Origin: Phoronis australis
Taxonomy: Eukaryota; Animalia; Phoronida
Direction: 5' to 3'
DNA: 64,000 nt
Assembly (NCBI GenBank): GCA_002633005.1
Contig: NMRA01000462.1
Span: forward strand, 227,594 to 291,593
Made by a program: the position numbers and the translations under genes. Positions 1 to 13,060 of the stretch are shown in pieces. Position 1 is the first letter of the stretch. Every line of letters begins with the position of its first letter. The notes beneath the pieces are model-generated. The model was not told the DNA's origin. It did not search any database and saw only the letters and a program-made list of their open reading frames with translations.

Positions 1-505
1 AAATCAGAACTTATCTTTCGCCAGTGATGAACATGGGCATGGATCAAGTCATTGACCTCACCCTCACTGCTGTGTTTATAGTGGAATGACATATGATGAT
101 GATATACTAAAATGCCTGATGATAGGCGTTACCTAAGGTACCAGCTGCCCAGCGGCACAACATGGTGTCTGCTACAACTCCTGGGGTCAAGTCTGGGTTG
201 ACCAGGCTGTTTTCGGAGGCATCTAGCCCAGAAATAACTTTTGCATGCCTGTTTGTGAATGGTGCTTCCCTGTACTAGAACGTCTGCAGCTTTTATATCA
301 TGTTCTTGTGACGTTTGTGAGATGGCACTTTTACAACAGCTATGTACGTCACGTGAATACACTTTTAGACGTTGCTTATTGCGCACTTGGGTTAAGAATG
401 TTGTCTTGGGGGTGTTGTTTCTGCTGCTTGCGAATATAGAATTGATTGCATGTTTCTTCATGTGATACATAGTCGATCATCTATGAAATGGCAAAGATAT
501 TTTTA

Positions 506-744
506 CTGTAAAATTCTCACCAATTTCAGACAAAAATAATGGCCAGGAATGCCTTTTATATTTTTCAGAAGTGTCTAGCATTCTTGTGAACGCTCACAAT
601 TTTTCAAAAGTGATGGTCATCGTGGAATAAGACTTGAACATGAATTACCATTTAACTTTGTACTACATCTGTTTCTTGGAAAACGTGATAAAATTAAATT
701 TCCGTTGTCAGCCATTCTGTGTCCTATTTTTTGAGATTTTACCG
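506..744 (+). mobile_element. pogo/Tigger-like TA MITE family A (~240 bp), representative copy
   Basis: TA|CTGTAAAATTCTC ... GAGATTTTACCG|TA. Similar copies at ~9265-9490, 19170-19410, 23458-23690, 27120-27360, 31600-32206 (inverted), 40580-40710, 50427-50670 and 57380-57610. Confidence 0.65.
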
Positions 745-3700
745 TACTTGGTTTTGGTCCATTCTTGATACTTTGCATTGAAGCGGCCATAAACCGCTGC
801 TCAGTCCAAGAAGTGAACTTTTCATTTAGACCACTTACCGCTGTAAAATGACCCTCCACTGATTTTTGAGTTTTCAAAGAACTCACTGTATATTGAGACC
901 ACACTCAGCGTAACAAAGTGTCAGAGTCATTGCTAATTTAATTGAGGAATACTTCAAGAAGAATTTCATGGCACTAAGTGGTATTGATCAAAAGTTGGTT
1001 TTTATGATGATTGGTGGATTTGTAGCTGCTTTAAATGTTGGAATTGTGTTCACATCAGTGTCTACAATTATTTTGTGACCAATAAGTATAGTTTCGGTTT
1101 ATTTGCAAACACATGTAGTACCATACCAGTTCAAAATTTAGATACTTGTTTCCAAATTCCAAGCAATATCTCAATAGTAAACCTCCGAATTTAATAAGAA
1201 AAATAGAACTGTAATCATGTTTCACAAAATACATTTATTCAAAGAATTAATTAGTTCAGCAATGAGCGATTAATAAAAGTATGAAAGTAGAGTTTTTGTA
1301 TTCTCTCCCTTTTTCATAAATGTATAGAACACTTTCTTGTATGTGTTGTTTCATTTTTTTCTTTGTTTAATTATGAAAAATCTAGTCCCATTGTATTGTG
1401 AAGTCAGGAAATATAACCCTAGGCTCTTGACCTTGCACAATAAAAAGTAAAACGTATAAAGTTTCACTAACAATATTTTAGAAATTTGCACCTCAACTTT
1501 ACACAAGTGCTTCAGATATCGGCACAGGTGCCTTATACCAATATAGGTGCAGTTTCAAATATAAATGGTATAATGATAATGAAACAGCATATAAATACTA
1601 AGTACAGTAACAATTTATTTTAATGATAAACTGTATTGGTAATATTAAAAACATAAGTGAATAAATATAGTGATGCACAATAAAAACAGAAATAACAATA
1701 ACAAATGATAATGATAAAGACAAGCTAATAAATATAAATATATTAATACCTATATTCTAAATATGTTAATACCAGTCCTTTGCTAGCCCTGTTGCTGGGC
1801 ACTTAACAATTGGAATATATTCAAAAATGCCCATTGATGAGACTTGCAATTGGGTTTCCGTGATTCTCATGCGTATGTCCCTCCGGAATGTCGATGGCAG
1901 TATATGCTGTGCAAACTTTACGATTAATGCCAGCAGTACTTAGCACAGCCGTCACAGTGACCTGGTTCACTTAAAAGTACTTTAAAGCTGCACCTGTGCT
2001 ATTCCTAGTATCTATGCAAGTTGCTATTTTTAGCAATTGCGACATCTCCTTCTCACCCGCCCTAGTCATGGGTCATTAAAACACTAAACCTGATCGGAGT
2101 GAGTCTATCACCAGCTGTCTCTTTCTCAAGCCTGGGGAAACTAGGAAGTTAAAATTAATCGCTCACCCAGAATTTGAAATGTTATTGCAAAAGAAATATC
2201 AGTTTGACTGTCAAGTTTAACGAAGAAATGACAGTTGCACGGAGAGTTCCATAATTTCAAAATTCTTGTAGTGCATCTATTCTTCTGACAAATTCAGAAA
2301 GGCATGTCATAGTTTTAGTTAATGATAATTGGTGACGCGTGGGAGTTACTTACATACTGCACAGATATGGTTGGACCGTATAATGTAGTGATATGGCCTG
2401 ACACAGTATAGTTTATGTCTAACCTTAGCACCAAGTCAGTACAATTAGCTTAATATGGAGAATACTAAAAACTAAACTCTTGAATTTGTTCTGTAAAATC
2501 TCACCAGATTATGACAATATGGGAGATGAAATTTTATTTTTTGATTCTTTTATAAAAGCATCGAATCAATGCTTTACCATGTACAAGTGCTCTACCACAG
2601 CTACCGTCAGAAGATATTTTGAAAAAATGTGAGTATTCACTACTTGCTCACTTGGTGGCGCTGCAAAAATGTTTGTGCATTGTTGCTTAGGACACAATGC
2701 TTTGTTTTAGCATTAATTTTAACAACGAATATGTGAAAGCGTGTGTGTCCCAAACATGCAGATCCATTGTAGTTTTGGCACAACACCTCGTTTTCAAGCA
2801 TAATGGCGTATTCGTGCAAGTAGTGAGTGCTTAACAATGATAGAAGGTCTTAAAAAACAACAAAATGTAATTTTGGCAATTACTTGTGTCCAAAATTGCT
2901 GATGTTTTACTGGATAAGGTTTCTGAAATTAGAAAGTTATTTAAATTTTGTAACATGTTATCATACACATCTTAGTAAAAGTTTAGCAAAATAGAAAGAC
3001 GAATTCTTAGCAAAAGAACGACATCAATAACACTACCAAAGTTTTTTGATGTTAAATTTCAAGATGAAATCTCAAAAATTCTGTCACAGTTTTCTAAATT
3101 ATTTTTTGTTCATTTTATGAACTTTTGATAATTTTATGAAAGTCGTGAAAGTACCAGTTTTGATAGCACATAATGCAAACGTGAAATATTTAAAAGAAAT
3201 TACAAACATATGAGCGTGTAAATCATAGTAAATCAGGGGTAGGCAGTCAATTCAGGATCAACATGCAAGAGTCAAGTAAGGCATAACAGTGAGAGAACAC
3301 TGTATATTTTCCTGTCCGCACAATGCAAGTTGCAGCTAAAACTGTGATTGTTATGGCAAGCATATTTCATACATTTTGGGTGCTAAAATTTGTTTGGAAC
3401 TGGCATTCATATTACCACGGGCGTCTTCAAGGAAATCACTATGGTATAAATTGGTGTTGGGCATTGAGCCAAGCATGGGAGTTTAAAAGTGAAAAATTGT
3501 GAATTTCGGGGATGGGCATTGAAGTGGAATGTGGGCATTAATCCTGACAAATATCGCATCTGAAAGTTTCATTTTGAATCCAGTCGGCCATCTTGGACAC
3601 ACAATAGTCTAAAGTTAGCAGTATTTTGACATTTTTCCATGGTTACACATTACCTTAACCCACCTGTCGTTGGAGAGGATTAAAATGTTTATAGCTCTTA

Positions 3701-4167
3701 GTATAGTACACACATGGCCTGGCTGATCTGTTTTTAGAAACTGCTGCTTGTTGTGGTATGCCAGGCTTAGTCATAAAATGTGTAGAACATGGGGGAAAAA
3801 GTCGACACCCTATTTATGGACAGGCCTTAGACCTAAGCAAAACTGATTAATTCTAGATCTGTCAAAGGCTTTGATGGAGTAAATTGCACTTTGTGTACCC
3901 CAGACACTATGTACTGTATACTGTACAGGGGATAACAAGTGGGTCAGAATACAGCATGCTTTCTACTTAATGTTCACTAGTTATCTGGCAGATTAACAAA
4001 AGAGATCTTCCTTGTTTATGTGGTAAAATCCCTTCACTTTAGGACAAAATATGCCATACAGGAAAATTTCATTCTCTCATTTTTCACCAAAGAGATGGAG
4101 CACTTTAGAGCATCAAATTTTGTTCCATACAGTATTTTTTCATCTGTTTTAGTTTTGCCATAAGAAA

Positions 4168-4925
4168 TTGCCCACATGTTAATGTGTGGGTGCATATTGC
4201 TGTCATTTCTGTTTGGGCATTTCTCTAAACCCCCTTAGAGGATCTTTGTAAAAGTTGGCAGATGTGGAATCTTATGGAGCTGAAGATGAATAACCACTTC
4301 TACTTTCGGAGGGATCCAACTATTGGCAATTTTAGTTTGCTCCCTAGTGGCAATTATAGTATTTTACATTTGCTTGTGTATATCTGAATTTCATGATAAA
4401 TTTCCATGAAACTGGCCAAGCAGTTTTTGTTAATAAGAGGACAGCGCCTTACCGTTTTCAGATGGATTCAACACATTTTATGCCACGTTGTGGATACTTT
4501 TGATATTTCTGGATCTTAGCAGGCTCCTCTATCTTCCAAAGCACACAAAGTATTATGCCAATTAGCAGAGGTGTTCCTGGTATGAAAACCAAACGTGATG
4601 TTGATTTTTGGACTGTTCTGACTAGTATGACGTTCACTCTTGTGGGAATGGTGTTTTCTGTATCTCCACTCTGTATCTCATTGACCCCTTCAGGTTCTTT
4701 GTGAAATATTGCAAGTGTTTTTCTAGGAACGAATGACAATGCATTGGCAAAATCTGACTACTGTTGTACCCCATAGTGGCAATATTACTTCTACTTAAAC
4801 CTGTGTATCCTCAGAGTTCCTTGACAGAATTTCATGAAATTTGGCAAATAGGATTCTAGTACTGAGGTGGGTTTTCCGTTTTTGGACTGGTTAGAAGTAT
4901 TCTGCCTAACCTAGTGTCCATTTTC
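4168..4925 (+). mobile_element. HINE family A, old degenerate copy
   Basis: GCCCACAT..TGTGGGTGCATATTG hairpin head, with ccctagtggcaatt-type subunit motifs at ~4341, ~4770 and ~4910. Confidence 0.55.
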
Positions 4926-5024
4926 ATTATATTCAAATTAATGAAAATAGTAATAAAACCACTAGTTTTCAAATGCACCTTAAATCGCTGTTTGTGGTCA
5001 GGATTTTCACTCTGTAATTCTTTA

Positions 5025-5422
5025 GACCCTTTCATATTGACTTAACTCCAGTCTGAGCGGAGCGTCGACGTAAACAGCGCAGTTAACTGGACCATTCATA
5101 CTGGCTTCCGTAGTTAATGACCATTGAAGTAGAGGGTTGGTGACGCTGACGTCATCGAAGTTATCGCAAGGTAGCGTTGCACACTAAGATTTTTTTCAAC
5201 GTGACAATTTGGGAACATTTGTATGTGCTAAATTACATTAAACTCATTTTTAAATCGATTGGTTATCATTAGAGCAAAAAATAAGTAGTTATTAGTGACG
5301 GCACTACTCTGTAACTGTTGACGATAACAGTGGCACCTGGCGATAACTTTGATTGGACCGGAGTTAAGCGTTCATACTGCACCGCAACTTCCCAAACGCG
5401 TCGACGTTAGTATGAAAGGCCC
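5025..5422. mobile_element. ~400-bp TIR MITE (Harbinger-like termini)
   Basis: GACCCTTTCATATTGAC / GTTAGTATGAAAGGCCC TIRs plus subterminal inverted CTTAACTCCAGTC/GACCGGAGTTAAG; related fragments at ~22910-22965 and ~26715-26990. Confidence 0.55.
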
Positions 5423-5877
5423 TTTTGACAACTGGCAGGTCTGTTTCTTGAAAAGTGACAGAAATTTGATCTTACGCTCTACCAAACTATTTCCGAAAAA
5501 TAATTTAAACTCACTGTTGCAAAAGAATAAAGTATCTGGGAATATACCCATGATTATTAATTACTGAGAAACGAAAATTTGTGCCTAATATTTCCTGCCT
5601 GTGGTATGCTAATAATTAGACGACTAAACCTCAATTTGGCAATTGTGAAATGGGGAGGGAAGAACAAACTTCCCTCTTATGCTAATGGATTGAAAAAAGC
5701 AGGTGGTCTGATGCATTCTGTTTTATTGTCTTCTTTTATCCTGGGTTCTTAAAGACTCCGATACATTTCAACGGTTCTTATAGACTCTTTTACATTTCAA
5801 CTGATATAAGGTAAATGATTTTTGCTAAATTTCAGAAAACTGCTTGTATTTATTTGCGTAGCTAAGTGCGTGTATAA

Positions 5878-5878
<1 letters not shown>

Positions 5879-5908
<30 letters not shown>

Positions 5909-5910
5909 TG
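5879..5910. repeat. (TATG)n microsatellite
   Basis: About 8 perfect TATG units. Confidence 0.95.
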
Positions 5911-8900
5911 CATGTTTGTATTATTACTGTTTTGTGTTGTTTCTATAAAATTAATTGCTCTAATGTTGCCCAGATATTATGTATTTGATTTCTGGGCAAT
6001 CATGTTATTGTATTCATCAATACTCTTGAAGTGAAGTTAAAAGAAAAAGGATTTTCAGTGATGGAACCAAAAATGACAATTTTGCATTGTCAAGTCCTTT
6101 TCTTTTTCACCAAAATGTTAATCAATAACCAAAGGCTAAGACAAACTTTAAGTGCCAACAAATCCACTTCTAACTAAAACATTTTGACCAGTTACAGTTT
6201 TATAATCAGCCTCTTGTTATTTAGTCAGAATTGCTAGGCTTGGAGATGAACAGATTATTGTTTCCTACTTAGCTCATTAAATGGCTTGTCACCTTGAGTT
6301 AGTTTCAGTTGCCAGGGTAACCATGTCCCTTAGGGGAATTTCATGGATTTGTTTTAGTTAATTTCAATTCAAACAAAGGTTAAGAATGGGTATTTCCTAT
6401 GAAGAAAGTTGATGTATTCAAGACTTCAGCTTGGTGAAGGGCGGCTTTAAAATTAGTAAGAAATTCGAAATTCTGCGTTATTTGCTCAATTGTTGTTAGA
6501 ATTGGGTAAGCTGTTTTAGTAAAAGGCACATTTTAAACACTAAGCACATTATTTAGCTCTAATACCTCTTGATAATTGCCGTGAAAGGGTGTGCACACCT
6601 AAAAAAAATTGTTTTCTAAAAGTGATACTTAAACCAAACTAGGTTATGCATTAAACTGGCTACAAACTGTCCATTCATCATTGAACAATTTACTGCTATA
6701 ACTCAGGTGGTACTTGTTTGACAATCTTCACTCAGATTAGAGAGGATTTTTTTGCCTTGGTAAAAATTCAGTTTATCTTTGCTTGTTAAGTTGGCATGTC
6801 GTGGCAGGTCATTTTGATGGCTAAGTAATAAGGTCTCAAAGCTACTGAAATGTGGAGATTTTCCATACCCCAGAAATCGGTGTTCACCGGAGTAAGCAAC
6901 AATTTGAGACCAAAACGGAAAGTGATCTAAATCAAAAGTTATTTTTTAATGGCTAAAGACTGATTTATTTCCGCTTTCAGTGGCCTGTTAGAAATTCAAA
7001 TTAAATGTGTTTGTTCCATCATCGAAACTTCCCTACAGGGGTACGGTCACGATTCTGTGCAATTTGACTTGAAAACTACTGTTTTTGAACGAAAATAATT
7101 GTTCTCCCAGGGCTGTGGGTTGTATAAAACATTAACACTTATCTCTGGGATAAGTTTGATTGTTACAGGACTTGGAATGTAACAGTCATAATGTAACATC
7201 ACTGTTGTAATGCAGAATCTTTGCAGCAGAGCCCTGGTGCTTTTTAATTGTTACTAACAAAAATTAGGGTTTTTTAAGACCCTAGAAACTAATTAATGGC
7301 TTAAATTTTAGAAAAAAGTGGATTTGTATGAATCTTTCAGGCGCTATGTTTATGCAGTTTTCTGAAAAAGGCTGTTAGGTCTTGTCTTGAAAATGTTCCA
7401 TTTTTGGAATAAAGGCTATCAAAAATAGAACTTTTTTGATTTTCATGGAAAACTGAAAAGTTGTATGAGATGGAGACAAAATAATAATTTAGAAAACAGC
7501 ATTTTTTGAGATTTCATCTTGAACATTTATATGTAATTTACTTTGATCTAGTTTTTGATACCATTGTTCAAAAATGTACCTTTCTTTTTCTTCTAAATTT
7601 GGATAAAACACAAGATCATGTGACCCAATTAATGTCACTTTATTGTTAAGGTTATTTCAAACCTTATTTAGTGGCCTCTATTCTAACTCGTATATCAAAA
7701 AACTAAGCTTTGTGAACTAGTAAAAGTATATATTTTCTGAAAGAACAAAGACCAGGAAATATAAATATACTTTTTGTATTTATTTGTTATTATTATTTTT
7801 ACGTAAAAACCTTTTTAAGTAAAAATTTCATTTTTAAGAAAGGTACATTCATAGCAAAATAACCCCTCGGTCGATTTTAACGAAACCTTTTTTAAATGAA
7901 AACTTCATCAATTACCTTAAAAACGCTGTTAGGAATTTTCGATTAGTTTGTTCGTTTGGTTTCTATGACAAATAAACTCGCAAAACGTAAGGTATTTTTG
8001 TAAAAAATTGAAGTCGTATTCGTCTTTGCCACATTACACAAAAACTAAGCTTTTATATCGAAAATCCTAACAGCGTTTTTGAGATTGGTGACTAAATATT
8101 AAGTTTGGAAAGTTTCAGCGAAATCCATCGAGCCATTTTCGAGAACTCGTGTTCCTAAGTTCAAATAAAGTCTTTGCCGAAGCCGAGAAAAAGCCGATTA
8201 AACTGGGACACATGAAAATCTCTAAGTCTTTGGTTAATTATTCTGTGAAAACTTGTTTTCGGTATACATAACCTATAGAATCCTTAACTATGTCACCTAT
8301 TTCAATGTTTTCTTGCAATGTCAACTAATTTTGCAGTGCGTAACTAACTTAATATCATTAAAACCTCAAATAGACCTATCTTTCGCAGCCAACTTCTGCC
8401 GTTTTGTACGACCTACTTAGAAAAGTAGGTCACAGTTCATAGCCTGTACACGTCACGTGCTGGGAGACTGATACCAAACCGAGTAAGAAATGGATAACAA
8501 AAATTGAATTGGTGGTTAAAGTAAGTCGTTAACATGAAATCGAAACATCGAAATGTTAACTTAATAATTGAATTAAGGAATAAGGGGGAGGATTTATCTC
8601 TTTTCACAACTTTCTGTGTTCATGACCAGACTGAGGCCTGCGGCAACTGGTAGCATTCGTTTTCAGCGTCAACGGTTGTATGCATGTAGACGCTCAACTC
8701 TCTTAGGATCAAAACTATGTTTTGTCTTCGTTTTCCCCGGCACCATTCTATCATAACCACACCTCGTTGTGTCAATGTTATGAGCGAATTTGTGAATGAA
8801 ATAACTGAGGGTATACCGAAGCTGTTCTGTACCTGGCGGGAGACTCGATTTACTTGAAAGTTCTTTAACCTTTGACCTTGGATAAGTGGTAAACAAATAT

Positions 8901-9891
8901 TCACGCGGTTGTGCGGTTCCAAGGTGGTTCTGCTAAATCTTTTTTCTCGCTACGCTGTACATATTTCGTATTTGAAGTTCCCCGAGAATGAAGATAAGGT
9001 ATTTTGCTAGACACAAGTGAAATATTGTAAAAATGGCCAATTTTTGTGAATAAGGTTGGAAATATCCTTAAGTCAAAATCTAATTCTACAGGCTTCCTGC
9101 TTTCAGAATAAATTTTCTTTTATTAGAGTTATAATCTAGTTTTGTTTAGCCATTGGACTAAATATCATACTCAGCAGTAAGGTCTCACATAATTTTAAAA
9201 GGACATGTGGTTTCTCAAAACAGCGATTACCTTTACTTAGTAGTTCTATTATAGTGTGATAAAGGTGGACTGATTTCAGACCAAAACATTACCAAAATTT
9301 CCCCTTTTCATTTTTCAATTTTTTCCAACATTGTAGATGCTCACAATTTTATCGTCTTTTCTGATGGTTTTGTTAAAGAACTTGAACATGGTAAAACATT
9401 AATTTAATGTTACATATCTTTGTGAAATAATAAGAAATAACATTTCACTTGTCCGCTATGTTGTGTCGTAAATTGGTAAGGTTTTACCGCAAGCACTTTT
9501 GGTTGGATGAAGTTGTAAGTACCTTTATGCAGAATTTATCCTTTTTGATACATTCTTGTTTTTCCTTAATACCGTAATTCTTCTTTAAATATGTGGCCAA
9601 CAAATGAAATTCTAATTTGTCAAATTTCTCCACAAAAATAGGGAGTAAGAAAACTTTAGCTTATTCATAATGTGGTTTGCAGTGTGTAGACATCATAAAC
9701 AACATTTTGTAAAATTTGCATTATCGGTAGCACGATAACCAACCTTTGAAAAATGGAAAACTGACAATTTTTTGCAATTATTTTTTGTGTGAAATAAGTG
9801 AAGAATTTCTGTAGTTGGATATGGTTGCGAGTGCCAGTGTTAATATATACATTGCTGTGAATGAAATAAGACAGTCATTCAGTCTATTATG

Positions 9892-9897
9892 TTTATT
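9892..9897 (-). terminator. Candidate polyadenylation signal of the UGT mRNA (~1.5 kb 3' UTR)
   Basis: AATAAA on the minus strand followed by a TG/T-rich stretch. Other AATAAA hexamers exist (e.g. ~10086), so the choice is uncertain. Confidence 0.3.
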
Positions 9898-11365
9898 AAA
9901 TAATATTAGCGAATAAGTTACATAAATACAATAAGTCAAGAAACGTGTTTGAATAACAAAAAAATTTTACACGCAAAATTTAATTTACATACTGCAATAT
10001 TACAAACCTTTATACTTCCCTCCAGCTCATTTCGCACAAAACATACAAAAATATAATTTTGTAACTTCTGCAGTTCTTTGTAGCCTTTATTTCATATAAA
10101 GGAACCGGTATTTTCATCATTTGTCAAAAGATATGTTTACTACCATGTTTAACAATTCTTTTAGGCCTACTTAAAATCGCATTAAATTCACACACTGGGG
10201 TAATGATCTAGAAGTCCCAACAGAGCCATCATGGATGGGCAAGTTGAAGTTTGGCTTGATCTAATTTGTGTACTGGGACTTCGAGCTCAATAAATACGAC
10301 TCATTAAAACATGTTGATTCCTAGTGGACCATTTTGACATTATTTCTGTATGACCCAAAATAACACACTTATGTTCTTCAACATGTGAATTTACTGTACT
10401 CACTTTTTTACAGTTTACTATAAAAATTCGGTCTTAACAAGTGGTTGCAGAACAAACCAGCATCCTGCAAACAAACGTTCAAAAATCAATAAAAGCGAAT
10501 GCAACTACTGTACAATAGTGACACCTATTGGAGTTTGCATTCACACTCTGTTACATGAGCTGACCAGTTATAGCTTCCCAATTAGTGTGATTAAGTCAGT
10601 AGGTACAATGTTCATTTTGCTGAACCGTTGTATCTAGAGTGTCAGTTTCTGGAGTTGCCTCCTTTAAAAGGTCAGATGAAATAGGACTCTTGATGCCTCT
10701 GGGGCAACAAATCATTCTAAAATATACCAGTCCCTGCACAGTCAATCACAACACCCTTCACAAATTGTGTGTCATCAAACGTCATAGATTTGACAGTCAT
10801 TGTTGATAAAAATGACCCCCTGCTATCACCACCATATTTTATGTGCACTTTACTGAGATAAGCTATCTCTAGCTCTTATTCCGGCTCAAACGTCAGCAAT
10901 CACCAATTATTACCTTGACCACTTGTGAAAAATGAAATTGCACCTCATGTGAACTTATTCATTTGAAAAACTAATGGTTGCTCAGTACATGTCAAGCTAT
11001 TTTTATATAATTATATACATAGCTGTCGATGATCTCTGTGTGTATTTACACTGTGCATGTGCAGACACATTCATTCATACATTCAGTCTTTCGCTCACCT
11101 ACATAAATTAAAGCTCAAATATGTTAGCATGAAACGGACTCGTTTTTACAAGAATATTTCATCATACGCACAAAAGTTACCTGAAATGATTTTCAATTCG
11201 TACAAACTGTAATTGTTGTGGTTATAGATGATTGAGTTTTCTGACTCTAATAATAATAATTGTTAGTACTATTAATAATCATAAATGGGCAATAAAAGTT
11301 ATCAAAAAAACTTTCCTGAGGTTACAGTTTTCATTATTGTACTTAAAATACTATTTTTTGAAACA

Positions 11366-12922
11366 TTACTCGAATTTGAACTTTACCAAAAAACAGTCGT
11401 AATGGCAAATGCTTAGGTAAAATGCTCGTATGACCTGATACAATACATATAACACAACTATCAAAACTAGGATAATCACTGCAGTGACATCCAGCAACAA
11501 TTTCTGGTACCATCGGAGATTGACAGCCTCAGATTTCAAGTGCGAAGCTCCTTGATGCCGAATGACGTAATCTACCCAGTACAGGATCTGGTCTCCATCA
11601 CTGAGTGGTTTGTCTCTCAACAGTGTTGATAGGTGTGCGGCATTTTTCTTGAAACTCGGTTCTGTGATGGCTGATTGTATTGCGGCATGTAGGTGGTGCG
11701 CCGTTAATGTTTTAATGTTCAGTTTCACTCCAATTTTGGCGTGCTCTGTCAGTTTTGTGGCTTGGTAGGGCTGATCACCAAATATTGGTATAACCACAAC
11801 AGGTACGCCATAGTAGGTGGTCTCAGTGGCGCTGTTAAGTCCGCCGTGCGTAATGAATAGTTTTGTATTGGGATGTGCTAGGATGTCTGTCTGTGGTAAC
11901 CAGGACATGAGCTTTGTGTTGTTTCCGAGTTTCTGGGGTGTGTTTCCTTGGAACTTCCACAAGACTTTCTGTGGTAGTTTTGCCAGAGCCTCAGCGAACA
12001 TTTCTGCCCAGTGATCATCAAATCGCTGAACAATTGAACCGAAACTCACAATAACAACGCCGTTGACGGCATCGTCCATGAAGTCTGCAAGGTCACCTGT
12101 TAACGGAAATGCTGGACGTACGAAAAATGATCCAGCCATTACTGCTGCAGGCATGACTGGCATCGGATAGTCAAGTGCAAAATCTCCATTGACGATTTTG
12201 AAACTAGCTCGTCCATATGTTGCACTGAGTGACAAAGAGGCATTCATGTTGTATTTGTGGCGGAGTTCTTGAAACGCTGGCAGGAACACATAGTTAGACA
12301 TAAAAGATAACAGAAGATGAATACCTGTGTTGATGAAACGCTGTGCAAGTGTCATCTTGTGGCTGAAAGGAGAAATAGCCGCAGGCACGTAAGAATATGG
12401 GGTTGGCCCTTCCAATCCTACTGAACTTGTTGTGCCTCCACTGAGCAAAAGTATGAATGGTTTGTCGATAAAGTCAGTTATGATTGGAGAGCAGAAGTCT
12501 ATGCTATCCACAATGACGAGATCGTAGTTTTCCTTTTTCAGTTGTTGAAGAGTTTTTGTGTCCTTGAGGAGGGCTTCGCAGTAGCCCAGCACCATGTTCA
12601 TGAAAGTGCGAAAAACTGCAGACGAATCATGGTCAAGCATAGCTTGAATGGATCTGTACTGGCAATGGGTCGGAACGTTATGCGGAGCCTGAAATCGGAT
12701 TATCTTCACGTGACTGAAGTCCATCTGACTCCGCGGACCAGCGTAGTCTGAGTTGATGAGCATGTGAGCTTCATGGCCTTGGTGTGAGAGAAAGGATGCG
12801 AGGCGCTCCATGTTCATTAAATGCGAGTTCGTGCAGTGTCCAGCGGGATAAAACAGAATTTTTGCACCTTCGCCTAACTGGCAGAGTAGAACAGCTGACA
12901 GCACAAGTACAAGGCGTTTCAT
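11366..12922 (-). CDS. UDP-glycosyltransferase (UGT/GT1 family, ER membrane type), 518 aa, CDS in a single exon
   Basis: Uninterrupted ORF; first ATG at 12922 gives MKRLVLVLSAVLLCQLGEGA (signal peptide). Catalytic-His region NSHL; sugar-donor domain VIVSFGS; UGT signature WLPQTDILAHPNTKLFITHGGLNSATETTYYGVPVVVIPIFGDQ; C-terminal TM helix; KxKxx ER-retrieval end (KFKFE). The ORF-track start at 12952 is TTG. Subfamily not assignable by eye. Confidence 0.96.
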   Translation of the reverse strand: MKRLVLVLSAVLLCQLGEGAKILFYPAGHCTNSHLMNMERLASFLSHQGHEAHMLINSDYAGPRSQMDFSHVKIIRFQAPHNVPTHCQYRSIQAMLDHDSSAVFRTFMNMVLGYCEALLKDTKTLQQLKKENYDLVIVDSIDFCSPIITDFIDKPFILLLSGGTTSSVGLEGPTPYSYVPAAISPFSHKMTLAQRFINTGIHLLLSFMSNYVFLPAFQELRHKYNMNASLSLSATYGRASFKIVNGDFALDYPMPVMPAAVMAGSFFVRPAFPLTGDLADFMDDAVNGVVIVSFGSIVQRFDDHWAEMFAEALAKLPQKVLWKFQGNTPQKLGNNTKLMSWLPQTDILAHPNTKLFITHGGLNSATETTYYGVPVVVIPIFGDQPYQATKLTEHAKIGVKLNIKTLTAHHLHAAIQSAITEPSFKKNAAHLSTLLRDKPLSDGDQILYWVDYVIRHQGASHLKSEAVNLRWYQKLLLDVTAVIILVLIVVLYVLYQVIRAFYLSICHYDCFLVKFKFE

Positions 12923-13041
12923 TCTTGATGGTGTGTTATTGAAATAATTCAACGCAACGTGATTATTCCTCTAAGAAGTTGGTCACACTTCTCTTCACGT
13001 ATTGGAGCCAATCTGCTTTGGATGACTTTCACTTTTTCAAG

Positions 13042-13060
13042 CTGAAATATAGAAAAAGTG
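13042..13060 (-). other. Splice acceptor of a 5'-UTR intron of the UGT gene
   Basis: Minus strand reads cactttttctatatttcAG|cttgaaaaag, ~120 nt upstream of the ATG: polypyrimidine tract plus CAG. Confidence 0.6.

Noticed and set aside
20-128. Box C/D snoRNA (GTGATGA at 24 ... CTGA at ~116)
   Set aside because: Terminal stem is poorly positioned and there is no convincing rRNA-complementary guide; these boxes occur by chance.
129-470. 113-aa ORF and alternative frames at the window start
   Set aside because: No recognisable domain or convincing splice-site pair.
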